IMG/VR virus record: IMGVR_UViG_3300037419_001192 | Location: 1-64,000 of that record | DNA from: a virus | Strand: one strand, 5' to 3' | DNA length: 64,000 nt | Shown here: positions 8,238 through 16,501 of the stretch, in pieces | Numbering within the stretch: position 1 is the stretch's first letter | How the letters are laid out: every line of letters starts with the position of its first letter | The notes under the pieces: model-generated | What the model was told of the DNA's origin: nothing | The model's input: only the letters and a program-made list of their open reading frames with translations | Databases searched by the model: none | Program-made: the position numbers and the translations under genes

Positions 8238-10618
8238 AACCATTTTTTGTTTGGACGGATGACCCGCAAGCCAAAGTGCGGCAACGGCTTGCGCCGGTCT
8301 TCAAGAATTTCAACTCGACCAAGATCATCATTGGCAATCAATTGCCACCGTTCGGGCAAGAGCAACCGGGCACGATCCTCGCGCTCGGCAACTCCACCCT
8401 CGGAACACTGCAAGCGGAAGGCGTTGTGCCGAAGGGCCGCACCATCAATAGCTTGCGCAGCCGGGTATTCCCCATGCCGCAATCCGGCATCCCGGTGATG
8501 TTCTCGTATAGTTCCGGCATCGGGGAAATCGACTATGGCAAGTTCGTTGATCTGGAATGCGATGTCGCGGCGGCATTACGGCTGCATACGACTGGCAAGC
8601 TGGAACCGAATCTTGGCTATTACCGCTATGTTGAACATTTCGCTGAGACAATGGACGCGATTGAGAAGCGATTTGCCAAGACCAGCATCCCGGTCGAAGT
8701 GGCGCTCGACTTAGAGACAATTGGCCTCGATCCTTATCTGAAACCCAACGGCGACCATCCGGGCGCGTATATCGTCACGATCCAAGTCTCCCATACCATC
8801 GGGCAAGCGGATGTCGTGAAGTTTGAATCAGCGGCAGCGGCGCAGCACTGGCTATCCGACTTTCGACCCCACATCGAATACCTGCTGAATTCCACAAAGA
8901 TATCGCTGCGCGGCGCGAACCTGAAATTCGACTTGCATTGGCTGGCCGTGCATACCGGCATTGAATGTACGAATTTCAAGTTCGACACCAATTTATGTGG
9001 GTCTTGCCTCGATGAAAATCGCAGTAATGGTCTTGATGTCCACGCGAAACTTTACGCTCCAGAAATGGCAGGCTACTCTGACCAATTCGACAAGAGTGTG
9101 GATAAGAGCCGAATGGACTTGGTTCTGAAAGCCCAACCGGAAGAACTGCTGAAATACGCGGGGGGAGATACGGATGCTTGCTTACGAGTAGCCCAAGCCC
9201 AAAAAGCCGAGTTATTAGCCGACAATGCCCTTTGTGGTTTCTACGTCAATATTTTGCACCCTGCTGCCCGCGCTTTTGAACTGGTGGAGCGAGGCGGCGT
9301 TCTTGTTGACATGGAAGCCTACAAGGAACTCGAAGCGGATTTGACCAATACGATTCTCGGGCTGATACAAAGAGCCAAGAAGATCGTAGGAGGCCGGATC
9401 GCTGCCAAGCACACAGATACAACAAAACTCGGTGGGCTGAATCTTACCAAAGCGGCTTTCTTGATCGATTTCATGTTCTCCCCCATGGGATTGAATTTAC
9501 GCCCAAAAATGATGACGGAAGGGGGAGATGCGCCAAGCACAGCGGGCGAGCATTTATCCATGTTCAAGGATATCCCGGAGGCCAAGGAGTTCGTATCCCT
9601 GATGGAAGAATACTCATCGGCTTCCAAGATATTGAATACTTATGTCCATGGTTTCCAGAAGCACATTCGTAGTGATGGCAAGCTGCACCCCAGCTATTAC
9701 TTCTTCGTGGGCAACAGGGATAATGCGGAAGGGGGCGCGGTCACCGGCAGATTGAGCGCCCGCGACCCGGCCATACAAACAATCGTGAAACACGGAAAGT
9801 GGGGAAAACCGCTTCGTAGGTGCTTTCCTGCGCCACCGGGCCATGTCGTCACAGAAGCCGACTATGCGCAAGGAGAGTTGAAGGTCATCGCCTGCGTTGC
9901 TAACGAGCCCACGATGCTCAATGCCTATCTGAACGGCATGGATTTGCATGCTCTGACGGGAGGCAGGCTTGCCGGTCTGGAGTATGACCAGATGCTGGAG
10001 TTGAAGAACTCCCCTGATCCGGCCAAGCAAGAAATGTATGATGAACTTCGGCAGTTGGCGAAAGCTCTCAACTTCGGCCTGATTTACGGAATGGGGGCCG
10101 AAGGCTTCAAAGAGTATGCGGGGGCAGGGTATGGCGTTGACATCTCCCTCGATGAAGCTATCCGGGCTCGTAACACCTTTTTCGATACCTACCCCGGCCT
10201 GATCCAATACCATGAACAATATAAAAACTTGGCACGGATGTATGGCTATGTGCGCAGCCCTCTTGGTAGGATTCGCCACTTGCCCTTGATTAAATCCCCT
10301 AATCAACAATCAAGGAGCAAGGAAGAAAGAAGGGCGGTGAACTCCCCCATCCAATCTACCTTGTCAGACTGCATGATTTGGGCGATAGCCCTGTACACCC
10401 AAGCGGGCCATGCCAAGACTGCCCCCTGCTTCTGCGTTATCCACGATGCCAGCTATAACTATGTACCGGAGGATCAAGTCGAAAAATATGGCAAGCTAGT
10501 GGTGGACTCGATGGAAAATTTGCCCTTCGAGCGTGTGGGCTGGCAACCCCAGCTTCGTTTTACTGCTGATATCAAGGCGGGCAAAAACATGGCCGACCTT
10601 CAAAAACTGAAACTGTAA
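8234..10618 (+). CDS. family A DNA polymerase with 3'-5' exonuclease and N-terminal UDG-like remnant
   Basis: ExoI ALDLETIG, ExoII NLKFD, ExoIII YAGGD; TGRLSARDP; motif A ADYAQGELK; motif B RQLAKALNFGLIYG; motif C IHD. Confidence 0.96.
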   Translation: MKPFFVWTDDPQAKVRQRLAPVFKNFNSTKIIIGNQLPPFGQEQPGTILALGNSTLGTLQAEGVVPKGRTINSLRSRVFPMPQSGIPVMFSYSSGIGEIDYGKFVDLECDVAAALRLHTTGKLEPNLGYYRYVEHFAETMDAIEKRFAKTSIPVEVALDLETIGLDPYLKPNGDHPGAYIVTIQVSHTIGQADVVKFESAAAAQHWLSDFRPHIEYLLNSTKISLRGANLKFDLHWLAVHTGIECTNFKFDTNLCGSCLDENRSNGLDVHAKLYAPEMAGYSDQFDKSVDKSRMDLVLKAQPEELLKYAGGDTDACLRVAQAQKAELLADNALCGFYVNILHPAARAFELVERGGVLVDMEAYKELEADLTNTILGLIQRAKKIVGGRIAAKHTDTTKLGGLNLTKAAFLIDFMFSPMGLNLRPKMMTEGGDAPSTAGEHLSMFKDIPEAKEFVSLMEEYSSASKILNTYVHGFQKHIRSDGKLHPSYYFFVGNRDNAEGGAVTGRLSARDPAIQTIVKHGKWGKPLRRCFPAPPGHVVTEADYAQGELKVIACVANEPTMLNAYLNGMDLHALTGGRLAGLEYDQMLELKNSPDPAKQEMYDELRQLAKALNFGLIYGMGAEGFKEYAGAGYGVDISLDEAIRARNTFFDTYPGLIQYHEQYKNLARMYGYVRSPLGRIRHLPLIKSPNQQSRSKEERRAVNSPIQSTLSDCMIWAIALYTQAGHAKTAPCFCVIHDASYNYVPEDQVEKYGKLVVDSMENLPFERVGWQPQLRFTADIKAGKNMADLQKLKL

Positions 10619-10627
10619 GGAATAATT

Positions 10628-11236
10628 ATGGAAATCAAGAAACGCAAAGACATGGCGAAGCTGGGTCGCGCCGATATAGAAGAAGCGATCCGATACTGGC
10701 TGGCGAGCAAGGGCCGTTTGGTGGCCGGCAAGATCACTTTCCATTCGGATGTGCGGGCGGAAGTCGAACTGGAAGACGCAATTACGTTGCAAAATGGCGG
10801 GTCAGTGGAAGAACCAATCCATCCCAAAACTTACCAAGGCGGGGATGGCCCGGAAGCCCGGTATAAGGTCGGGGATGTGCATCCCAGCGCCGAGACTACC
10901 AAGATGCGTATGGCGGATGGTACAACGTTGGTGAGGCACCCCGATGGGGGCGAAGAATTTCACTACGAAAACGGCAGCAAACTGATCGTTGGTGCAGATG
11001 GGAGTCGCCGCTTTGAGCTTGCCCCCGGCACCGTGGTTACTGCCCATGACTTCCAGCCTGCCGGGTATGGCAAACCCTTTGTCGTAGTCGATCCTTCCTT
11101 CCCTAAATGGCCGTTCCCGGTGAAACGAAGCGGGGGTATCACCCCGGATACGCTTGACCGCAATGCGCTGCCGCAGAATGGCAATCAATTGCCGGATGCG
11201 AAGGGCTTCCCGCTGCCCCCGGAGTGCCAGCCATGA
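10628..11236 (+). CDS. hypothetical protein
   Basis: AAGGA RBS, 202-aa ORF. Confidence 0.65.
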   Translation: MEIKKRKDMAKLGRADIEEAIRYWLASKGRLVAGKITFHSDVRAEVELEDAITLQNGGSVEEPIHPKTYQGGDGPEARYKVGDVHPSAETTKMRMADGTTLVRHPDGGEEFHYENGSKLIVGADGSRRFELAPGTVVTAHDFQPAGYGKPFVVVDPSFPKWPFPVKRSGGITPDTLDRNALPQNGNQLPDAKGFPLPPECQP

Positions 11237-11739
11237 TTGAGGTTTGGAAGCCTATTCCGAGTAACCCTCGATACCAAGTTTCGTCGTTGGGGAGGGTGCG
11301 CTCCACCAAGGCCCTACGGGGGGGTGGAAAGCTAGTGAAAATTTGCACTAGCACTAAATACTACAGTTGTTGCTTATATTTTCAGGGTGGAGGTAGAAAA
11401 ACTCGAAACATCCACTCCCTAGTTCTGGAAACCTTTGTTGGAGAAAAGCCGGAAGGCATGGTGGCACGGCATCTTGACGATGATAGGTCGAACAACGTTG
11501 TATCTAATCTTTGCTATGGTTCCTATGCGGAAAATACGGCTGATAGGCGTAGAAACGGAGGGGATTGTCCGGGGGAGTTGAACGGAAACTCCCGCTTAAC
11601 CGAAGCCGCAGTGCGAGAAATCCGTTCCTCCCCTCCCCGTAAAAAGGGAGAAATTATCAAGCTAATGAAAAAGTACGAAGTATCTCGGGGGGCTATTGCT
11701 GATATTCGAGGGGGTAGAAGCTGGAGGCATGTGCCATGA
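11233..11739 (+). CDS. NUMOD4-HNH homing endonuclease
   Basis: EVWKPIPSNPRYQVSSLGRVRS (NUMOD4); HSLVLETF...RHLDDDRSNNVVSNL...EN (HNH); AT-richer codons. Confidence 0.9.
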   Translation: MIEVWKPIPSNPRYQVSSLGRVRSTKALRGGGKLVKICTSTKYYSCCLYFQGGGRKTRNIHSLVLETFVGEKPEGMVARHLDDDRSNNVVSNLCYGSYAENTADRRRNGGDCPGELNGNSRLTEAAVREIRSSPPRKKGEIIKLMKKYEVSRGAIADIRGGRSWRHVP

Positions 11740-12098
11740 CCATCAAATTAAATCCGAGCGGTATGCTCGTGGCTAAGGACAGGCAATGGGCTAATGCTCA
11801 CTTAACTCCACCCCAGTTAGGGAGTGTTGTGCGGGCATTGAGCCGGGATGGCATCGATGTCGGCAAGGTCACATGGAACCGGGATTCGATCCAGTATTAC
11901 GATGGCTGGGCACCGCTGGATAGCATCCCACCCGATATCAAGGCGCTGCAACTGAAACGCTACACCGATAAATACCCAGAACTATTCAAGGAGCAAGACG
12001 ATGGACAAGTATCAAGAGCTACGGATGAAGGCGCTACGGGTAGCACAGGAAGTCATGCACATGACGCTGATGGAGGCGCTGGATCACATAGCGGCTAA
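11736..12098 (+). CDS. hypothetical protein
   Basis: ATGA-coupled, GGAGG RBS; 3' end overlaps next ORF. Confidence 0.5.
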   Translation: MTIKLNPSGMLVAKDRQWANAHLTPPQLGSVVRALSRDGIDVGKVTWNRDSIQYYDGWAPLDSIPPDIKALQLKRYTDKYPELFKEQDDGQVSRATDEGATGSTGSHAHDADGGAGSHSG

Positions 12099-12222
12099 CG
12101 GACTGCGCAGCCGCGTGGTAGCGAGTAATGGGCATGCTGCTATGGTTACCGCTGATGTCCGAATGGATCGCATCGGCTTGCGCGTAATAGATAACGTGGT
12201 TGTATCCACGGAGCTAGGCTGA
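12001..12222 (+). CDS. hypothetical protein
   Basis: AAGGAG RBS before ATG 12001. Confidence 0.6.
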   Translation: MDKYQELRMKALRVAQEVMHMTLMEALDHIAANGLRSRVVASNGHAAMVTADVRMDRIGLRVIDNVVVSTELG

Positions 12223-12255
12223 CTGGCAATCAATTGCCAAACCAAGGAGTGGAAA

Positions 12256-12531
12256 ATGAAACTGACGCCGAAGGAGATCGAGCGCGAAGCCCGGATGATT
12301 CGTGATACGGAAGGCTGGCCGCTGATGAATGTGCTACCGATGAAACGTTACAACAAGGAAGCGGGCGCATGGCCCGGCTTCGGAATCATTCTTTACGGCA
12401 ATCTCACTGTTGTAAAACTGCTGTCTATCGATGCGTTTGTCAACACAAGAGGCAAAGACCTTGTTAAAATCCCGTCCCTGTCTTACAAGACCATTGAAGC
12501 CATGGTCGAAGATGGCTGGCTCGTAGACTGA
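12256..12531 (+). CDS. hypothetical protein
   Basis: AAGGAG RBS; ends MVEDGWLVD. Confidence 0.65.
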   Translation: MKLTPKEIEREARMIRDTEGWPLMNVLPMKRYNKEAGAWPGFGIILYGNLTVVKLLSIDAFVNTRGKDLVKIPSLSYKTIEAMVEDGWLVD

Positions 12532-12547
12532 ACCAATGGAGTGAACT

Positions 12548-13054
12548 ATGGAAACCCGCGAATACCGAACTTTCACCGAAAAAGCCAACTGGGGCGAAGG
12601 CCCGTGGGTGGCGGAACCCGACAAGGTGCAATACGCCGATCCGGATACCGGATTGCCGGCGCTGGTCGTGCGAAACCGCTTCGGAGCCCTTTGCGGCTAT
12701 GTCGGCGTATCAGAAGGCCACCCTTGGTTCGGCAAAAACTATGACGATGTTGATGCCGATGTCCATGGCGGGCTGACATTTGCGGGGCCATGCCAAGGCG
12801 GTTCTGAAGAAGGCAGCATCTGCCATATCCCCTCCGCTGGAGAGCCCGATAGTGTCTGGTGGCTGGGCTTCGATTGCGGCCATGCTTTCGACCTATTGCC
12901 GGCCCAAGCCTACCGGATGAGTCAACTTAGGAAACGAGCGGGACTGCCCGACTCCCCGTGGCCTACATGCGAACAAGAACAATACCGCGATCTTGAATAT
13001 GTGAAACAAGAAATCGCCCAACTCGCCCAACAGGCACGGGAGGCGTCAAAATAA
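12548..13054 (+). CDS. conserved phage hypothetical protein (VHGGLT / WWLGFDCGH family)
   Basis: LCGYVGV...HPW...DVHGGLTF...WWLGFDCGH. Confidence 0.75.
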   Translation: METREYRTFTEKANWGEGPWVAEPDKVQYADPDTGLPALVVRNRFGALCGYVGVSEGHPWFGKNYDDVDADVHGGLTFAGPCQGGSEEGSICHIPSAGEPDSVWWLGFDCGHAFDLLPAQAYRMSQLRKRAGLPDSPWPTCEQEQYRDLEYVKQEIAQLAQQAREASK

Positions 13055-13057
13055 TCT

Positions 13058-13085
13058 TTGACAAACCTCCGACTTGTGCTAAAGT
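13058..13085 (+). promoter_or_regulatory. sigma70-type early promoter
   Basis: TTGACA(AAC)-N16-TAAAGT with TG extension. Confidence 0.7.
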
Positions 13086-13169
13086 TAAGTCGTGGGGGGC
13101 AGAAACCTAGCCCTTCCGAAAAGAAGGAGCTAGGGAGTTTCGATAGATCAAGACGCAATGGAGTGCGAA

Positions 13170-13364
13170 ATGAAATCGTTGAACAAATGCAAGCGGGTCA
13201 TCCGCAAGGCTGCCAACCTGCACTGGTCGGCTCACGCTGGATACTTCGGGTTCGTTTTCTTCGAGGCACACGGTCACTACCGTTATTTCGCTGGCGTATT
13301 GCTGGTGCTGATGGTGATTGACTTGATTTTCCACGATGACGACGACAAAGGGGAGATAGCATGA
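13170..13364 (+). CDS. small membrane protein
   Basis: Hydrophobic YFAGVLLVLMVIDLIF; hairpin leader. Confidence 0.6.
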   Translation: MKSLNKCKRVIRKAANLHWSAHAGYFGFVFFEAHGHYRYFAGVLLVLMVIDLIFHDDDDKGEIA

Positions 13365-13513
13365 ACGCGATCCTGAAACGGATTGGCCTGCGCCGCCTGA
13401 TCGTCATCAAGCTGATGATCGCTATCGGCCTGTCGGCCAATTACTTCCTGCCGCCCGACAAAGCGGTGCATGTGAACTTCGCAGTGAATCTGCTGTGGCT
13501 GTTCATGTTTTGA
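13361..13513 (+). CDS. small membrane protein (50 aa)
   Basis: Read manually: MNAILKRIGLRRLIVIKLMIAIGLS...VNLLWLFMF; ATGA-coupled, followed by terminator. Confidence 0.55.
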   Translation: MNAILKRIGLRRLIVIKLMIAIGLSANYFLPPDKAVHVNFAVNLLWLFMF

Positions 13514-13517
13514 TGCG

Positions 13518-13542
13518 AGCCCGGAAAAATTCCGGGCTTTTT
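13518..13542 (+). terminator. intrinsic terminator
   Basis: AGCCCGGAA-AAA-TTCCGGGCT + T-run. Confidence 0.85.
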
Positions 13543-13544
13543 CA

Positions 13545-13573
13545 TTGACAAACCGCCCAAGTGCGACTAAGAT
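13545..13573 (+). promoter_or_regulatory. sigma70-type early promoter
   Basis: TTGACA(AAC)-N17-TAAGAT. Confidence 0.75.
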
Positions 13574-13612
13574 GAAGTTGTGGGACGAGATAAACAACCA
13601 ATGGAGTGTGAG

Positions 13613-13813
13613 ATGGGTATGAAATTCGCTGATTTGGAACGTAATCTGATTCGCATTAAGGAAATGGAAGGCCCGAACGCGCCAAAATATGCGTACTGCG
13701 AAGTGGGTCGTTACAAACCCTACAGCATCCCAGTCATCAAGGCTGCCGAGCGTCGCGGCTATAAAGTCGAATGCAAAATCCGGGGTGCCTTGTACTACGT
13801 CTACCCGAAGTAA
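13613..13813 (+). CDS. hypothetical protein
   Basis: CAATGGAGTG leader. Confidence 0.6.
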   Translation: MGMKFADLERNLIRIKEMEGPNAPKYAYCEVGRYKPYSIPVIKAAERRGYKVECKIRGALYYVYPK

Positions 13814-13840
13814 TTTCTAAAATACATCAATGGAGTGAAT

Positions 13841-14038
13841 ATGGACTACCAGAATCGCAATATCGGCTTCGTGATCGACAAGCCTGCCGCCCCGGTGCCC
13901 GCCCCCGTGGTGCAATACGATGAACCGGTGGTGCCGGAACGGGCCTTCGTCGCAGTGCTGGGCTATAACGCGTTGCTGGAGCGGGAATTGATTGCTCGCA
14001 ATGCCAAGGATGCCGGCCAACCGTTCTACTTGCAGTGA
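13841..14038 (+). CDS. hypothetical protein
   Basis: TCAATGGAGTGA leader. Confidence 0.6.
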   Translation: MDYQNRNIGFVIDKPAAPVPAPVVQYDEPVVPERAFVAVLGYNALLERELIARNAKDAGQPFYLQ

Positions 14039-14045
14039 GGCAATC

Positions 14046-14228
14046 ATGGCGAGCAAGTATTCGATCAAGGTTGGCAGCACTTGGAAAGATGCCAAGGGGC
14101 GCACATGGGAAATTATCGAAAAGATGCCCTTTGGACGCTGTCGGGTTCGCACGACTGACCGTACCCGCGTCGGAGAAATGAAGCTGGCCGATGCCCAGCG
14201 CATTTTTGATGCTGCAAATCAGAAATAA
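14046..14228 (+). CDS. hypothetical protein
   Basis: GAGG RBS, ATG 14046. Confidence 0.55.
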   Translation: MASKYSIKVGSTWKDAKGRTWEIIEKMPFGRCRVRTTDRTRVGEMKLADAQRIFDAANQK

Positions 14229-14249
14229 CCTAACCTCAATGGAGTGACT

Positions 14250-14501
14250 ATGAAAATCAATGTTCTCGGAGCAAATCGTACCGAAGCCGAATTCCCGAAT
14301 GGCGCTCGGGTGCTGTACTCGTATTCCACCCCGGTTGCCGCATATATCCCCGGCAAGGGCTATGTGAAGTCGGGACGGTTCTATTCCCGCACCACCAGCA
14401 AGCATATCGGCCAATGGCAGCGGGGAATCGAAGAAACCGTGCCGGAAGAATACCTGAAGGCACTGATTGAATCCGGCGCGGCCTCGCATGTGTTCGCATG
14501 A
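14250..14501 (+). CDS. conserved small phage protein (YSYxTPVA / YSxTTSKH family)
   Basis: VLYSYSTPVAA...FYSRTTSKHI. Confidence 0.7.
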   Translation: MKINVLGANRTEAEFPNGARVLYSYSTPVAAYIPGKGYVKSGRFYSRTTSKHIGQWQRGIEETVPEEYLKALIESGAASHVFA

Positions 14502-14531
14502 TCCGGCAATTGATTGCCAAAAGGAGCCCTG

Positions 14532-14783
14532 ATGAAAGTTGTATTCCGTGACCCGCTGATGCTGGTCAATTTCTATGACCCGGAGCATGGCAAATGGCTG
14601 GTGTCCATCGGGGAAGTCCCGTACTGGAGCCTGTCGGAAGACGACGCCATGCCGATCACGCTGGTCAATCTATCGAATCTGGTGCGCAAATATCCGGCAC
14701 TGGAAGATTGCATTGCCTACACCATCAAAGGAGTGAAAGATGAGCCTGACCATCAAGAAAGCAACAACGATCAGCATTCCTGA
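14532..14783 (+). CDS. hypothetical protein
   Basis: AAGGAG RBS. Confidence 0.5.
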   Translation: MKVVFRDPLMLVNFYDPEHGKWLVSIGEVPYWSLSEDDAMPITLVNLSNLVRKYPALEDCIAYTIKGVKDEPDHQESNNDQHS

Positions 14784-15111
14784 AATCACGAAGCCCGATA
14801 TCGTGTTCGGCACGACGAAGGGGCTGCCCGATTACGATACCGTGCCGGAAGACTTCAAGTACGGTAAAACCAAGTGGAACATGCTGTTCAACGATTGGTT
14901 TTACTCCGGTATCAGTGAACTACGCTTCGTCAAGCGCGAGGGTATCGATCCGGAGAAAGCCTATGACCATATCCAAGCGCTGATCAAATCATTTGGTTCA
15001 AAACACGAACACAAGGAAGCCGGCGTCGCCTATCTGCTATCCCAATATTTCAAGGATGTCTCTTACCGCAAGAAAGATGGCACCCTGATCGAATTTGAGC
15101 CGGAGGCATGA
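14740..15111 (+). CDS. hypothetical protein
   Basis: TCAAAGGAGTGA leader; SFGSKHEHKEAGVAYLL. Confidence 0.7.
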   Translation: MSLTIKKATTISIPEITKPDIVFGTTKGLPDYDTVPEDFKYGKTKWNMLFNDWFYSGISELRFVKREGIDPEKAYDHIQALIKSFGSKHEHKEAGVAYLLSQYFKDVSYRKKDGTLIEFEPEA

Positions 15112-15503
15112 CCATGGACTTCAGCAAATACGAAAACGATGTGCCCTATCCGCATCGCAATGATTACACCACGGTGCATGTGTACAAGGGTGGCGAAGTG
15201 CTCGGCAGCTACAACCAATCCTGCTTGAAAAAAGTGCCGGACGGTGCCGTGACGGAAAAGGTGTTCGATGAAGCTGGTTATAGGGTTGCAGTTAGTAAGC
15301 ACAACGCCCGGCAAGTGGAACTGGAGCAGCAATTCATGCTGGATGCCTTTACCGAACTCGGCCTGCAATCAAACCCGTTCGCCAGAAGGCTGTATGCCAT
15401 TGCATGGGAGCGGGGACATTCTTGCGGATACAGTGAAGTACTCAGCATCCTTGCCGATCTGGCGGAACTCGATGCCGTGGCCCGCGAAGTGTATGGCAAT
15501 TGA
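15108..15503 (+). CDS. hypothetical protein
   Basis: AWERGHSCGYSEV motif; stop codon lies in palindrome. Confidence 0.7.
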   Translation: MTMDFSKYENDVPYPHRNDYTTVHVYKGGEVLGSYNQSCLKKVPDGAVTEKVFDEAGYRVAVSKHNARQVELEQQFMLDAFTELGLQSNPFARRLYAIAWERGHSCGYSEVLSILADLAELDAVAREVYGN

Positions 15504-15517
15504 TTGCCAAAATCTCT

Positions 15518-15545
15518 TTGACAAACCTGTGAATTGTGGTATTCT
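15518..15545 (+). promoter_or_regulatory. sigma70-type early promoter
   Basis: TTGACA(AAC)-N16-TATTCT with TG extension. Confidence 0.75.
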
Positions 15546-15585
15546 GGAGTCGTAGTGATGACCAACCAATCAATGGAGTGAGAAA

Positions 15586-16194
15586 ATGGCCTACGGATAC
15601 CACAAGAATTACCAGAATTACCAACCGAAACCGAAGCTGATCCCCCCGGCTGATGTGGTGCAGTTCCTAAAGTTCGGGGAAGGCGTCACCAAGAATGAAT
15701 TCCTGCTGTCGCTGGCGCATCAGCTTGATAAAAACGGGGTGCTGACCCAAGCGCAGATCGATGCGGTCAAGCGCAACATCAGTAATGCTGCCGGCCAGAA
15801 AGCCGAGCCGGTCAAGCTGGCGGTGAATGTCGAAAAGATCGAGAAGGCTTTCGAAGCCGCCAAGGCAAGCGGCCTGAAGCGCCCGAAGCTGCATTTGGGC
15901 GACTTCCTGTTCAAGCCGGCCCCGCAGTTCGGCAAGAACCCCGGCTCGATCTATGTAACCGAAGGTGAGCAGTATCTCGGCAGGGTCTTCGGCGGCGAGT
16001 TCATCAAGGCTGGGCAGTGCAGCGACGAGCAACTGTACCGGGTCGTGAAGGTCTGCAATGACCCGTTTGGCGAGGCCATCAAGCATGGAAAACTGACCGG
16101 TAATTGCGCCTGCTGCGGCAAGGCACTGAGCGATCCGAAGTCGGTGGAAATGGGCATCGGCCCGATCTGCGCGAAGAAGTACGGATTCCTGTGA
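15586..16194 (+). CDS. protein with C-terminal DUF6011-like zinc finger
   Basis: CACCGKALSDPKSVEMGIGPICAKK. Confidence 0.8.
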   Translation: MAYGYHKNYQNYQPKPKLIPPADVVQFLKFGEGVTKNEFLLSLAHQLDKNGVLTQAQIDAVKRNISNAAGQKAEPVKLAVNVEKIEKAFEAAKASGLKRPKLHLGDFLFKPAPQFGKNPGSIYVTEGEQYLGRVFGGEFIKAGQCSDEQLYRVVKVCNDPFGEAIKHGKLTGNCACCGKALSDPKSVEMGIGPICAKKYGFL

Positions 16195-16205
16195 TGGAGG
16201 CCAGC

Positions 16206-16388
16206 ATGCGAGCCCTGCTTCTACTCTTGCTGCTGGCCGGGTGCGGCGGCGAGAATTCCCAAGAGATTTCCACCACCCGGATCGTCAACCCCGATGGGAG
16301 TTATACCGATTGTCGGACATGGACGTATCAAGGCGAGCGCCATACGTCTTGCTCCACGATTTACCAGTTGCCAGCGCCAAAAAGTTGA
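16206..16388 (+). CDS. small lipoprotein
   Basis: MRALLLLLLLAG-C lipobox; GGAGG RBS. Confidence 0.7.
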   Translation: MRALLLLLLLAGCGGENSQEISTTRIVNPDGSYTDCRTWTYQGERHTSCSTIYQLPAPKS

Positions 16389-16429
16389 TGTAACGTAAGA
16401 ATGTCTCCTGTGGTTCTCGTCCACGGTTT

Positions 16430-16453
16430 GCCCCGCCAAGTGCGGGGCTTTTT
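16430..16453 (+). terminator. intrinsic terminator
   Basis: GCCCCGC-CAAGT-GCGGGGC + TTTTT. Confidence 0.85.
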
Positions 16454-16480
16454 CTTAGGTGCAACCGGCACCGGTAGAAT
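16452..16480 (+). promoter_or_regulatory. putative late-class promoter
   Basis: TTCTTAGG-N15-TAGAAT; same geometry at 21217, 21865, 26043, 46262. Confidence 0.55.
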
Positions 16481-16501
16481 GGTGGTATTTCAAAGGAGGC
16501 A

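Noticed and set aside
8234-10618. Intein or intron in the DNA polymerase
   Set aside because: ORF is continuous, of normal length, with motifs at ordinary spacing
13090-13145. Riboswitch (e.g. c-di-GMP-I) in the structured leader
   Set aside because: Only a single long hairpin; the conserved two-stem architecture is not recognisable
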